Counted from the first letter of the stretch, positions 9,357 to 18,884 are shown. The stretch: DNA of 64,000 bases from Candidatus Latescibacterota bacterium (GCA_964291625.2 OZ220089.1:1856001-1920000), one strand, 5' to 3'. Program-made: numbers and translations. Notes: generated by a model not told the origin, from the sequence alone.

Positions 9357-10403
9357 ATGCTACCCATCGACCTGGGCAACCTCTACCTCGACCGGCGGGC
9401 GGAGTCCCGCTCCCTGAGCGCCGAGAACCCCGACGGCGCCGTCGGCGGCGGCGCCCGCGCCGAGCCCGGCCCCGGCAGCGCCGCCCGCGACCTCGGCAAG
9501 GGCTGGAAGGTGCGGCCGTGCCTGAAACTGGCCCCCGGCAGCACCACCACCCTGATGGACCACGAGGGACCCGGCGTCATCCGCCACATGTGGTTCACCT
9601 TCCGCAACAGCTTCTACCGCTCGGTCATCCTGCGCATCTACTGGGACGGACAGGACCACCCCTCGGTGGAGGCGCCCCTGGGCGACTTCGGCTGCAACGC
9701 CTGGAACGAGCGCCAGGACGTGCTCGGCGCGCCGGTCAACGTCAACCCCCACGGCGGCATGAACGTCTACTTCCCCATGCCCTTCCGGAAGCACGCCCGC
9801 ATCACCGTGGAGAACGACGGCGTCAACGAGCTGTCCGGGTTCTTCTACACGATCAACTACACGCTGGAGGAGGTCCCGGCCGAAGCCCTCGCCTTCTGCG
9901 CCCAGTGGCGGCGCACGAACCCGCTGCCCTACGCGCAGGAGTACGTCATGGCCGACGGCATCCGAGGCCGCGGCCAGTACGTGGGCACCTTCATGGCCTG
10001 GCAGCAGAACAGCGCCGGCTGGTGGGGCGAGGGCGAGATCAAGATGTTCCTCGACGGCGACGGCGAGGACCCGACGATCTGCGGCACCGGCACGGAGGAC
10101 TACTTCTGCGGCGCCTGGGGCTTCGACCGCCGCGACTTCTCGGGACCCTACGCCGGCTTCCGGCAGGTGGTGAAGACCTCCGGCGAGCCGGGCTGCCGCA
10201 TGACCTTGTACCGCTTCCACGTCCACGACCCCGTGTTCTTCAAGAGCGGCCTGCGGGTCCACATGCAGGCCCTCGGCTGGCGCTCGGAGGGCCGCTACCT
10301 GGCCCTGCAGGACGACATCTCCTCCGTCGTCTACTGGTACCAGACGCTGCCGTCGGCGGCCCTTCCCGAGCTGCCCGACGCGGACGCGCGGGAGGTGATC
10401 TGA
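9357..10403 (+). CDS. DUF2961 / glycoside hydrolase family 172-like protein
   Basis: SAENPDG, GKGWKVRP, WWGEGEIKMFLDGD, GTGTEDYFCGAW and DDISSVVYWYQ. Confidence 0.88.
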   Translation: MLPIDLGNLYLDRRAESRSLSAENPDGAVGGGARAEPGPGSAARDLGKGWKVRPCLKLAPGSTTTLMDHEGPGVIRHMWFTFRNSFYRSVILRIYWDGQDHPSVEAPLGDFGCNAWNERQDVLGAPVNVNPHGGMNVYFPMPFRKHARITVENDGVNELSGFFYTINYTLEEVPAEALAFCAQWRRTNPLPYAQEYVMADGIRGRGQYVGTFMAWQQNSAGWWGEGEIKMFLDGDGEDPTICGTGTEDYFCGAWGFDRRDFSGPYAGFRQVVKTSGEPGCRMTLYRFHVHDPVFFKSGLRVHMQALGWRSEGRYLALQDDISSVVYWYQTLPSAALPELPDADAREVI

Positions 10404-10684
10404 GCCGAAGCTCCCTTCCAGGCCGCGGCTCTGGGAGGGCGGACAGGACGTATCTGCAGTCCGAAAGCTCGGTCTGGTCAGTCCGGCACAAATGTTGCTT
10501 TGGGAGGATTGACCCGCCATGATTCGAGAGCTACTTTCGCAGACTGATTTGCGCCTGCCCGCCCGGGAGTCGCCACCCTCGTTCCCATCCTTCGGCACGA
10601 GACCCAAACGCAAGGGGCCCTTCGACCTTCCCACACCTTCCCAGAGTCTCCCAACGAGGAGCCGGCCACGGTCTGGGGGAGCCA

Positions 10685-11350
10685 GTGATCTTCACTGAGG
10701 ACGTTCGTACTCTGCCAGCCTATGGAGTCGTCGAGGTTGCGCACTATCTGCGCATCCCATCTTCCACATTGAGGTCCTGGTTTCGCGGCGGCCGTGGCTT
10801 TGCGCCCATATTCCATCTTCCAGTGGGCAGCGACCAACTCTCCTTCACCAATCTGGTGGAAGCGCATGTTCTTGGTTTCATCCGGAAGAGACACAGGATC
10901 TCCTTCCAAAGGATGCGTCGCACCATTGACTATATGCAGGGGGCCTTTGCCTCCGGGCATCCCCTTGCCGAACTGGACATAGACACCGACGGCATCGATC
11001 TCTTCGTAACCCGGATTGCAGTATCGAGGAGTGGCCAGTTGGTTCTCCGAGAGTTGATCGAAGCAAGTCTGAGCCGAATTGACAAGGAGGATGGACTTGC
11101 CGTTCGGCTGTTTCCCCTCACCACCAGAGCGGCCGACTCACTGAGCGAACCACGCATTGTCGTAATCGATCCAAGCAAGTCCTTTGGTCGTCCATCCATC
11201 TTTGGAACCGGAATACCCACTGCTGTCATAGCCGAGCGTTTCGGGGCCGGCGAGTCCATCGAAGAGTTGTCCTATGACTATGGGCGAGAGCCGCTCGAAA
11301 TCCAGGCAGCCATCCGGTTCGAAGCCCAAGGCCTCCCCCTCGCCGCCTGA
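10685..11350 (+). CDS. DUF433-domain antitoxin (VapB45-like), HTH + DUF433
   Basis: N-terminal EVAHYLRIPSSTLRSW HTH, LSFTNLVEAHVL, and C-terminal IDPSKSFGRPSIFGTGIPT...AGESIEELSYDYG. Visibly lower GC than the flanks. Confidence 0.88.
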   Translation: MIFTEDVRTLPAYGVVEVAHYLRIPSSTLRSWFRGGRGFAPIFHLPVGSDQLSFTNLVEAHVLGFIRKRHRISFQRMRRTIDYMQGAFASGHPLAELDIDTDGIDLFVTRIAVSRSGQLVLRELIEASLSRIDKEDGLAVRLFPLTTRAADSLSEPRIVVIDPSKSFGRPSIFGTGIPTAVIAERFGAGESIEELSYDYGREPLEIQAAIRFEAQGLPLAA

Positions 11351-11738
11351 CCTACCTCCGCTCTTTCTGGATCACTCCATAGGAAGCAGGATTGTTGTAC
11401 AGGTACTTCGAGATGAAGGGGTTGTGGTGCATACACTCGAGGAGCATTTCGACCCCGCCGCGGCTGACGAGAAGTGGATCGCTGAAGTTGGAGAACGCGG
11501 TTGGATTGTGATCACAAAGGATCGAAGGATCAGGTACAGGCAGCATGAGAGGATGGCCGTCAAGAACGCAGGAGTGGCATTGTTCGTACTGATCAGCAGC
11601 AATCAGCGCGGAGAGAGCATGGCCGCTGCACTGGCAAAGGCCGTTCCCCGACTTGGGCGTTTCCTCGCTGCCCACGATAGGCCGTTTATCGCCAAAGTGT
11701 ACCGAGATGGGACGCTGGCCCTGGACTGCAAGCTGTGA
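11274..11738 (+). CDS. PIN-like domain toxin (VapC45-like)
   Basis: LFLDHSIG, ADEKWI and GWIVITKDRRIRYR; overlaps the antitoxin 3' end. Start may be 11274 or 11280. Confidence 0.85.
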   Translation: MTMGESRSKSRQPSGSKPKASPSPPDLPPLFLDHSIGSRIVVQVLRDEGVVVHTLEEHFDPAAADEKWIAEVGERGWIVITKDRRIRYRQHERMAVKNAGVALFVLISSNQRGESMAAALAKAVPRLGRFLAAHDRPFIAKVYRDGTLALDCKL

Positions 11739-11873
11739 GAGTACCGCTCCACCGGGCGCATCTACGGCACTACCGGCGCCAGCGGGAGCTTGTCGTCAAT
11801 GGGGACCCTGCGTACCTTGCGCCGTTCCCCCTTCGCGACGGCAGCGGACCTCCACCGGAGCGCGTAACCGCAC

Positions 11874-12932
11874 ATGGCTGACCGGGTACTCGTCTTCATC
11901 GGCAACTACACCAGCGGTGACGACGCCGCCATCTACTACGGCGAGGCCGACCCTGATTCGGGGGCCCTGCGCATCCACGGCCGCACCCCCTGCGAGGACA
12001 ACCCCTCCTTCCTGGCCCTGCATCCCAACGGCCGGTTCCTCTACGCCGTGAACGAGGTCGCGCACTTCGACGGCGGCGGCGCCGTGAGCGCCTTCTCCAT
12101 CGACGCCGACTCGGGGGCCCTCACCTTCCTCAACCTGCAGCCCACGGGCGGCTCGGCGCCGTGCCACAACACCGTCGACCACAGCGGCCGCTACGTCCTC
12201 AGCGCCAACTACGGCGGCGGCAGCGTCTCCATGCACCCGGTGCGGGGCGACGGCAGCCTGGGCGAGATCTCCGACTTCCATCAGCACGAGGGCTCGAGCG
12301 TCGACCCGGGGCGCCAGCAGGGGCCGCACGCCCACTCGATCAACGTCGATCCCGACAACGGCTTCGCCTTCTGCGCCGATCTCGGCCTCGACGAGATTCT
12401 GGTGTACGCCCTCGACCTGGAGGCCGGCCGGCTGGTCCCCCGCGGCTCGGGCCGGGTGACCCCCGGCGGCGGTCCCCGGCACATGGCCTTCCACCCCAAC
12501 CGTCGCTTCGCCTACGTCATCAACGAGATGTCCAACACCATCACGGTCTTCGCCCGCGGGGACGACGGCGGCTCCCTGATCGAGGTCGAGGAGGTGACCA
12601 CCCTCCCCGCCGGCTACGCCGAGACCACGCACACCTCCGACATCCACCTGTCGTCCGACGGCCTCTTCCTCTACGGCTCCAACCGCGGCCACGACTCGAT
12701 CGCCGCCTTCGCCGTCGACGCCGGCAGCGGACAGCTCACCCTCCTCGGCCACACGCCGGTGCCGTCGGCGCCGCGCAACTTCGCCATCGACCCCACGGGC
12801 CGCTGGCTCCACTCGGGCGGACACCACACGGACCGCATCGCCAGGCTCCGCGTCGACGGGTCGGGCCGGCTCGAGGACACGGGAGAGAGCGTGGAGACCC
12901 CTTCCCCGGTGTGCATCAGGATGCTTCGCTGA
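11874..12932 (+). CDS. pgl: 6-phosphogluconolactonase-like beta-propeller lactonase
   Basis: NPSFLALHP, ANYGGGSV, RQQGPHAH, GPRHMAFHP and SNRGHDSIA. Confidence 0.88.
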   Translation: MADRVLVFIGNYTSGDDAAIYYGEADPDSGALRIHGRTPCEDNPSFLALHPNGRFLYAVNEVAHFDGGGAVSAFSIDADSGALTFLNLQPTGGSAPCHNTVDHSGRYVLSANYGGGSVSMHPVRGDGSLGEISDFHQHEGSSVDPGRQQGPHAHSINVDPDNGFAFCADLGLDEILVYALDLEAGRLVPRGSGRVTPGGGPRHMAFHPNRRFAYVINEMSNTITVFARGDDGGSLIEVEEVTTLPAGYAETTHTSDIHLSSDGLFLYGSNRGHDSIAAFAVDAGSGQLTLLGHTPVPSAPRNFAIDPTGRWLHSGGHHTDRIARLRVDGSGRLEDTGESVETPSPVCIRMLR

Positions 12933-13001
12933 GAAACCGCCCGCCCCGGCTGCGCGTCGGAATCGACAGCGCCGCGAGGCCACGGTCTGAAGGAGGCCAT
13001 C

Positions 13002-13787
13002 ATCCAACCGAACAAGCTCCGCCAGCTCCTCAAGGACGGGAAGCCGACCCTCGGCACCCACGTGCACACCACCTGGCCCAACGTCGTCGAGATCCTGGGT
13101 CAGACCGGCCTCTACGACTACGTCGAGTTCGTCGCCGAGTACGGCCCCTACGACCTCTACGCCTTCGACGACATCTGCCGCGCCGCCGAGCTCCACGACC
13201 TCGGCACGATGATCAAGGTCGAGCAGGAGCCGCGCTCGTGGATCGCCCAGCGCGCCATCGGCTCGGGCTTCGAGTCGGTCCTGTTCTCCGACAGCCGCGG
13301 CGTCGACGACGCCCGAGAGTGCCTGCGCATCGCCCGTCCCGACACCCCGGAGGACGGCGGCACCTACGGCGTCGCCTCGCGGCGGTTCACCCACGCCGGC
13401 TACGGCGGATCGATGGACTACGTGCAGACCCTGCGCGACATCGTCGTCGTCCTGATGATCGAGAAGAAGGGGGCCGTGGAGAGCCTGGATCAGATCCTAG
13501 AGCTGCCCATCGACATGGTGCAGTGGGGGCCGTCCGACTACTCCATGAGCGTCGGCAAGGCCGGCCAGGGAGGGTCGCCCGAGATCAAGGCGGTGGAGAA
13601 GCGCGTCATCGAGGCCTGCCTGGCTGCCGGCGTGCACCCGCGCGCCGAGATCGGCGGCGCCGACGGCGCCAGGTACTACCTCGACCTGGGGGTCCGGCAC
13701 TTCTGCATCGGCACCGACGTCTCCATCCTGTTCAACTGGTGGAAGGCGAACGGCGACGACCTGCGCAAGGCCGTGGACGGTGCCTGA
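13002..13787 (+). CDS. HpcH/HpaI aldolase/citrate lyase-family protein; probable non-canonical ATC start
   Basis: IQPNKLRQLLKDGKPTLGTHV continues in frame upstream of the called GTG at 13062. VEFVAEY, LMIEKKGAVE and WGPSDYSMS motifs; AGGAGG at 12991-12996. Confidence 0.82.
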   Translation: MQPNKLRQLLKDGKPTLGTHVHTTWPNVVEILGQTGLYDYVEFVAEYGPYDLYAFDDICRAAELHDLGTMIKVEQEPRSWIAQRAIGSGFESVLFSDSRGVDDARECLRIARPDTPEDGGTYGVASRRFTHAGYGGSMDYVQTLRDIVVVLMIEKKGAVESLDQILELPIDMVQWGPSDYSMSVGKAGQGGSPEIKAVEKRVIEACLAAGVHPRAEIGGADGARYYLDLGVRHFCIGTDVSILFNWWKANGDDLRKAVDGA

Positions 13788-13802
13788 GAGAAGGGCCTCG
13801 CC

Positions 13803-14747
13803 ATGACCCTGGCCCCGGCCCGCCTGGACCCCCGCAAGTTCCGCGATCCCGACATCACCGCCGGCGGCGAGGAGCGGGCCCGGGTGGCTCTGACCCGCCT
13901 CGACACCCTCTGGTTCAACACGGGTACCCTCTGCAACCTCACCTGCGCCAACTGCTACATCGAGTCGAGTCCGCGCAACGACCGTCTCGCCTACCTCACG
14001 GCGGCCGAGGTCTCCACCTTCCTCGACGAGATCGAGCGCGGCGGGCTGGGCACCCGCGAGATCGGCTTCACCGGCGGCGAGCCCTTCCTGAACCCCGACA
14101 TCCTCGACATGCTCGGGGAGGTTCTGGAGCGGGGCTTCGAGTGCCTGGTGCTGACCAACGCCATGCGGCCGATGATGAAGTGCGGCGAGGAACTGCTGAG
14201 GCTGCGAGACGCCTGCGGCGACCGGCTGGCGATCCGCGTCTCCATCGACCACTACGACCCGGTCCTGCACGAGGAGGAACGGGGGCCGCGCTCCTGGGCG
14301 CCCATGGTCGAGGGCCTGCGCTGGCTCTCGGACTCCGGCTTCAACCTGACCGCCGCCGGACGCACCCTCTGGGGCGGCGGGGAGGACGAGCTGCGCGCCG
14401 GCTTCGGCCGTCTCTTCGCCGACCTCGGGGTCATCATCGACGCCGCCGACCCCGCCCGGCTGGTACTCTTCCCGGAGATGGACACGTCCGTCGACGTGCC
14501 GGAGATCACCAGCGGCTGCTGGGAGATCCTCGGCCAGTCCCCCGACGACGTCATGTGCGCCTCGTCGCGCATGGTGGTCAAGCGCAAGGGCGAGCCAGCC
14601 CCCGTCGTCCTCTCCTGCACCCTCCTGCCCTATGACGAGGCCTTCGAGATGGGCGCGACCCTGGCCGAGGCCTGGGGGCCGGTGAAGCTCAACCATCCCC
14701 ACTGCGCCAAGTTCTGCGTCCTCGGCGGGGCCCGCTGCTCCGCCTGA
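13803..14747 (+). CDS. Radical SAM protein
   Basis: CNLTCANC motif, FTGGEPFLN and a C-terminal Cys cluster HCAKFC...C. Confidence 0.9.
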   Translation: MTLAPARLDPRKFRDPDITAGGEERARVALTRLDTLWFNTGTLCNLTCANCYIESSPRNDRLAYLTAAEVSTFLDEIERGGLGTREIGFTGGEPFLNPDILDMLGEVLERGFECLVLTNAMRPMMKCGEELLRLRDACGDRLAIRVSIDHYDPVLHEEERGPRSWAPMVEGLRWLSDSGFNLTAAGRTLWGGGEDELRAGFGRLFADLGVIIDAADPARLVLFPEMDTSVDVPEITSGCWEILGQSPDDVMCASSRMVVKRKGEPAPVVLSCTLLPYDEAFEMGATLAEAWGPVKLNHPHCAKFCVLGGARCSA

Positions 14748-14751
14748 CCCG

Positions 14752-15417
14752 CTAGTCCAGCAGCTCGATCCGCCCCGAGGCGCTCTGCCGCTGCACGCAC
14801 AGCAGCAGGTCGCCGCGCCCCACCCGGATCTCCACCGGGCTGGCCGTGACCTCGTTCGAGATGCCGTCGCGGCGGCCCGGGACGAGGCTCTCCCCCCGCA
14901 GGGGCCACCTCAGGCCCTCGGTTTCGATGCCGCCGGCCGGTCCGTCGAGCGGGCACAGGGAGAGCTTCTGCCCCACGTCGGCGCGGAAGCGCACCCGGCC
15001 GCGGATCAGGCGGATCTCGCAGTGGTCGTCGATCAGGCGCAGGTCCAGCCGCTCGCCGAAAGTCCGCAGCAGGCTCAGGTTCCACAGGGTGTGGTCGGTG
15101 CGCCCCCCGGTGAAGCCCAGCAGGTCGGCTTGGCCGACCCCTATCTCCAGGGCCAGCCGCAGGATCTTCTGCATGTCCGTTCCCGTGTCGTCGGCGTCGA
15201 CGCGGACGAGGCGGTCGGCGCCGATCCCCTCCATCCCCGGGCCGCTGACCGAGTCGAGGTCGCCGGCGATGTAGTCGGGGGCGCGACCGAGGCGCCGGGC
15301 GGTGTCGGCGCCGCCGTCGGCGCACAGGACCAGGTCGGCCTCGCGGACGCAGGCGGCGAACAGCTCCCGCGAGGGGGGCTCGCCGTTGCCGACGATCAGC
15401 GCCGAGCGGCCGCCCAT
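14752..15417 (-). CDS. thiN: Thiamine pyrophosphokinase
   Basis: CADGGA, IAGDLDSV, DTGTDMQK, GGRTDHTLWN and GISNE; lies downstream of a TPP-riboswitch-controlled receptor. Confidence 0.92.
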   Translation of the reverse strand: MGGRSALIVGNGEPPSRELFAACVREADLVLCADGGADTARRLGRAPDYIAGDLDSVSGPGMEGIGADRLVRVDADDTGTDMQKILRLALEIGVGQADLLGFTGGRTDHTLWNLSLLRTFGERLDLRLIDDHCEIRLIRGRVRFRADVGQKLSLCPLDGPAGGIETEGLRWPLRGESLVPGRRDGISNEVTASPVEIRVGRGDLLLCVQRQSASGRIELLD

Positions 15418-15422
15418 GGCCT

Positions 15423-17777
15423 TCAGTCCCCCGCCGGCAGCCGCGCCGTCAGCCGCAGGCCCACCTGGCGCGGGTCCCCATAGCTCTTGTAGAGCTTCTT
15501 CTCGTAGTCGGGCGGCTCGAGACGGAAGTAGAATCCCCTCACCGCGTAGCGTTGATCGAGAAGGTTGCGGCCCCACATCTGCAGGGACCACGCACCCCAG
15601 CGGTAGGAGATGTGGCCGTTGATCAACTGGTAGGGTTCCGAGACCTGGTTGTGGCTGCCCGAGTAGAAGAACTCGTCCATGCCCACCACCTCCCAACGCC
15701 CGCCAAGGCCCGACCGATGGCGATACTCGCCTCCCAGGCTGAAGGTGTACTCCGGCGCGTGGGCGGCGGCCCGACCGCCTCGCGTCTCAGATCCCTTGTC
15801 GGTCTCGAAGGTATAGGGATCCACGTGGGTCTTCAGGAATCCCAGCGAGCCGAACAGATGCAGTCCGGGCAGCGGCCGGTATCTCTGTTCCAGCTCGATG
15901 CCGCTGCTGCGCCCCTTGGAGGCATTGTCTATGAAGAAGGAGAAGCTGTTGGGGTCGTCGGGATTCTGCTGCCTGGAGAGGCTGACCTGCTGGTCGAACC
16001 GCAGGGTGTGGAAGAGCGTCAGCGCTGTTCCCCCCATGCGCAGACCCGTCTCGAGGTTGGTCACGTACTCCGGGTCGAAGGGCCGGTCGCGATCGCTCAG
16101 GCGCGGGTTCTGATTCACGCCGCCGGCCCGGTAGCCCCGCGAGACTGCACCGTAGATGGTCGTACCGGGAGCCAGCCGCCAAGTCAGGGCGAGCTTGCCG
16201 CCGCTGAGCCACTGAGCCACGTCGAAGCTCACGTCGTCTTCGTCCGCCGTGGCCCCTTGATAGGAAGTCGAATTGCGGTCCAGACGAAGATTGAAGGCCA
16301 GCTTCACGGCATCGCCCAGACCTCGGCTGTACTGACCGTAGAATGCCAGGTTGTCCACCTCGAAGGTGCTGTTGTGATCGATGGGGACAGAGCTGCCGAA
16401 GACCCAGCTGGTGGCATCGTCCGATTCTTCGAGGGCTTTGAGGAAGGTCCCCGCAACCGCCTCTCCATGGCCGCCCAGATCGCTCTTCAGCAGGCGCAGT
16501 TCCTGGGTGAAGGTCGTGCGCTCCCGGAGGGTTCGGTCGAAGAAGTCGTTGGTCCATCCATCCCTCTCGGGATCGAGGTTGTACGGTTCCCCGCGCCAGT
16601 ACTCCTCGTCATTCCCCCAGTCGCCGTCGAAGCTGTACTCCAGTTCGGTCTTCGACCAAGCCGTGATCGAGACCAGTTCCAGACCTCCGAGGGGGGCCTC
16701 CGCCTTGAGGGAGAAGGCGGTGGTCTCCTGGTGGTCCTTGCCCGGATTGTCGGAATGGGTGACCAGCTCCTCGTTGTTGTCGTGGGCCCAGGCATCGTAG
16801 CCATTGTCCAGGTTGGCGCTGAAAACGGTGCCCAGGAGACGCAGGCCGTTGTCGAGAGTGTAGCGCACCTTGGCACGGCCGAACCTCTCCCATCGGCGGT
16901 TGGAATCCTCTCGATCCAGAAACAGGTTGCTCCTGAAGCCGTTGGACCTGGCTTCGTGGTAGCCGGCGCGGATCGCCAGTCTCTCACTCAGCGGCACATT
17001 TACGGTAGCGGCGGCCTGCAGCAGGTCGTCGTTGCCCCGGGAGACGGTGACCCCGTGGCTTGAGAACGGCAGCGGATCGGCCGACTCCATGCTGATCAGG
17101 CCGGCCATGGCGTTGGGCCCGAAGATCGTCGACTGGGGGCCCTTGAAGATCTCGACACGGTCCAGGTCGAAGAGCACGCCGGCCGTGCCCAGGCCGCTCA
17201 GGTCGACGCCGTCGAGGACGAAGCCGACCAGGTAGTTGGGCGGCTTCTCGCCGACGAAGTGGCTGTTCTCCCCCATGCCCCGGATCTGGAAGTAGCGTGG
17301 CCGGGACGTGCCGCCGGCCCAGTTGAGGTTGGGCACGGCCTGGATGAGATCCTGGAAGTGGTGGCCCTCGGCTCCCTGCAGGCGCCGCCGGTCGAGGACG
17401 GTCACCGAGGAGGCGACCTCCGCCAGGGCCTGCTCGATCAGCCCGCCGGTGACCACGGTCTCGGGCACCGGCAGGGCCACGGGAACGAGCCGCACCGTGA
17501 GGGGCAGCGCCGCTTCCGGCCCGGCGTGGAGGACCGCCGGCTCGTAGCCGACGTGACTGACGATCGCCGAGTCACCCGCGGCCAGGGAGAGCTCGAAGCG
17601 GCCGTCGCCGTCGGCCGCGACGACGCCCTCTGCGGAGGTCAGATGGGCGCCCGCCAGGGGCTCCCCGGTCGAGGCGTCGACGACGGTGCCGCGAAGGGTA
17701 TCTGCGGTGGCGCCGGAAGCGGCGAGGAGAATGGCGATCGACGCCAGGACGGCGCCGAGGGGAATCGCGTTGCGCAT
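15423..17777 (-). CDS. TonB-dependent receptor, probably for thiamine or a precursor
   Basis: Signal peptide, CarboxypepD_reg-like N-domain, plug (RVEIFKGPQSTIFGPNAMAGLI) and C-terminal GRNLLDQRY...GDPRQVGLRL; TPP riboswitch upstream. Confidence 0.92.
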   Translation of the reverse strand: MRNAIPLGAVLASIAILLAASGATADTLRGTVVDASTGEPLAGAHLTSAEGVVAADGDGRFELSLAAGDSAIVSHVGYEPAVLHAGPEAALPLTVRLVPVALPVPETVVTGGLIEQALAEVASSVTVLDRRRLQGAEGHHFQDLIQAVPNLNWAGGTSRPRYFQIRGMGENSHFVGEKPPNYLVGFVLDGVDLSGLGTAGVLFDLDRVEIFKGPQSTIFGPNAMAGLISMESADPLPFSSHGVTVSRGNDDLLQAAATVNVPLSERLAIRAGYHEARSNGFRSNLFLDREDSNRRWERFGRAKVRYTLDNGLRLLGTVFSANLDNGYDAWAHDNNEELVTHSDNPGKDHQETTAFSLKAEAPLGGLELVSITAWSKTELEYSFDGDWGNDEEYWRGEPYNLDPERDGWTNDFFDRTLRERTTFTQELRLLKSDLGGHGEAVAGTFLKALEESDDATSWVFGSSVPIDHNSTFEVDNLAFYGQYSRGLGDAVKLAFNLRLDRNSTSYQGATADEDDVSFDVAQWLSGGKLALTWRLAPGTTIYGAVSRGYRAGGVNQNPRLSDRDRPFDPEYVTNLETGLRMGGTALTLFHTLRFDQQVSLSRQQNPDDPNSFSFFIDNASKGRSSGIELEQRYRPLPGLHLFGSLGFLKTHVDPYTFETDKGSETRGGRAAAHAPEYTFSLGGEYRHRSGLGGRWEVVGMDEFFYSGSHNQVSEPYQLINGHISYRWGAWSLQMWGRNLLDQRYAVRGFYFRLEPPDYEKKLYKSYGDPRQVGLRLTARLPAGD

Positions 17778-17825
17778 GAGAAAGGCCGCTTTCTCCAGCA
17801 GGGGAAAGCGGCCGTCCAGGGCGCC

Positions 17826-17912
17826 TGTCCGTTTCCCTACGCTGGAATGATCCAGGTCAGGTTCGAAGGGTATCTGATCTCAGGCCGGAGCACCGGCCAC
17901 CCCCAACGGTTG
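17826..17912 (-). ncRNA. TPP riboswitch (THI element)
   Basis: Minus strand reads GGGGTG...CTGAGATCAGATACCCTTCGAACCTGACCTGGATCATTCCAGCGTAGGGA, the canonical TPP aptamer motifs. Confidence 0.95.
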
Positions 17913-17921
17913 TCGTCTCTC

Positions 17922-17949
17922 AAGGTAGGCGGCGTGGAGAAGGGGTCAA
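17922..17949 (-). promoter_or_regulatory. Sigma70-like promoter for the thiamine operon
   Basis: TTGACC-N16-TACCTT immediately upstream of the riboswitch. Confidence 0.6.
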
Positions 17950-18293
17950 GAGAACCTCGGCTGCCATGAGGGGTGGTCCTCGAGGTCTCGGGATCTCCAC
18001 GGACCGCCGTGACGGACAGCGCACACCGCGGTTCGCTGGAGCAGCCATCGAGGCCGGCGTGCTGGTGCCGGCCATGCGGAATCGGTCCGGGAGATGCGGG
18101 CATGTTACCTCCGGTGTCATGAGTGTGGCATCCGGGAGGCGCGGAGAGGGACCCCTGGAAGATCCGGGAGACCTCCACGCTCACGAGGCGGGTCCCTCGA
18201 CACAGGGACGGGAACCGGGCATGGAGGTTGCTTGGCTTTCCCTTGAGTCGTCATATTCCCCCCATCCCCCTGCAGTTGGAAGGAGCCGCGGCG

Positions 18294-18863
18294 ATGCCCG
18301 AAGGCGCCACCCCCCAATCCCGACCCACCCCCGAAGAGTTGCACAGGGGCCTCGGCTTTCTGCGGGAAGATATCCAGGATCTGCGCAACCAGGTAGGGAG
18401 CGTTCATCACCGCATCGACGAGACCAACCGGTCTTTGGGCGAGCGTATCGTCGAAACCAACCGGTCTTTGGGCCAGCGTATCGACGAGACCAACCGGTTC
18501 CTGGGCGAGCGTATCGACGAGACCAACCGGTCCCTGGGCGAGCGTATCGACGAGACCAACCGATCCCTGGGCGAGCGTATCGACGAGACCAACCGGTCCC
18601 TGGGCGAGCGTATCGACGAGACCAACCGGTCCCTGGGCGAACGCATCGACGAGACCAACCAGTCCCTGGGCGAGCGTGTCGACGAGACCAACCGCCGTAT
18701 CGACGAGACCAACCGATCCCTGGGCGAGCGCATCGACGAGACCAACCGGTCCCTGGGCGAGCAGATCCAGACGCTGCACAAGGGCATGCAAGCCAACTTC
18801 AGGTGGACCATGACCACCCTGGTCGCCATCACCGGCATCCTCATCGGGGTTATCAAACTCTGA
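18294..18863 (+). CDS. Hendecad-repeat coiled-coil protein with C-terminal membrane anchor (CCDC90/DUF1640/Bdr-like architecture)
   Basis: AAGGAG RBS; (RIDETNRSLGE)n stalk followed by FRWTMTTLVAITGILIGVIKL. Confidence 0.8.
   Translation: MPEGATPQSRPTPEELHRGLGFLREDIQDLRNQVGSVHHRIDETNRSLGERIVETNRSLGQRIDETNRFLGERIDETNRSLGERIDETNRSLGERIDETNRSLGERIDETNRSLGERIDETNQSLGERVDETNRRIDETNRSLGERIDETNRSLGEQIQTLHKGMQANFRWTMTTLVAITGILIGVIKL
18411..18761 (+). repeat. 33-bp coding tandem repeat: 10 full units plus one 21-bp unit
   Basis: Consensus CGTATCGACGAGACCAACCGGTCCCTGGGCGAG, read directly from the sequence. Confidence 0.97.
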
Positions 18864-18864
18864 C

Positions 18865-18884
18865 GGCAGGCCCAGGGGCCTGCC
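18865..18884 (+). terminator. Hairpin directly after the repeat gene
   Basis: GGCAGGCC-CAGG-GGCCTGCC; weak U-tract. Confidence 0.4.

Noticed and set aside
13803-14747. Radical SAM as part of a RiPP or arsenosugar cluster
   Set aside because: No precursor peptide, SPASM/RRE partner or ars genes are adjacent.
18411-18761. 33-bp repeats as a CRISPR array
   Set aside because: The units are contiguous with no unique spacers, stay in frame within a CDS, and no cas genes are present.
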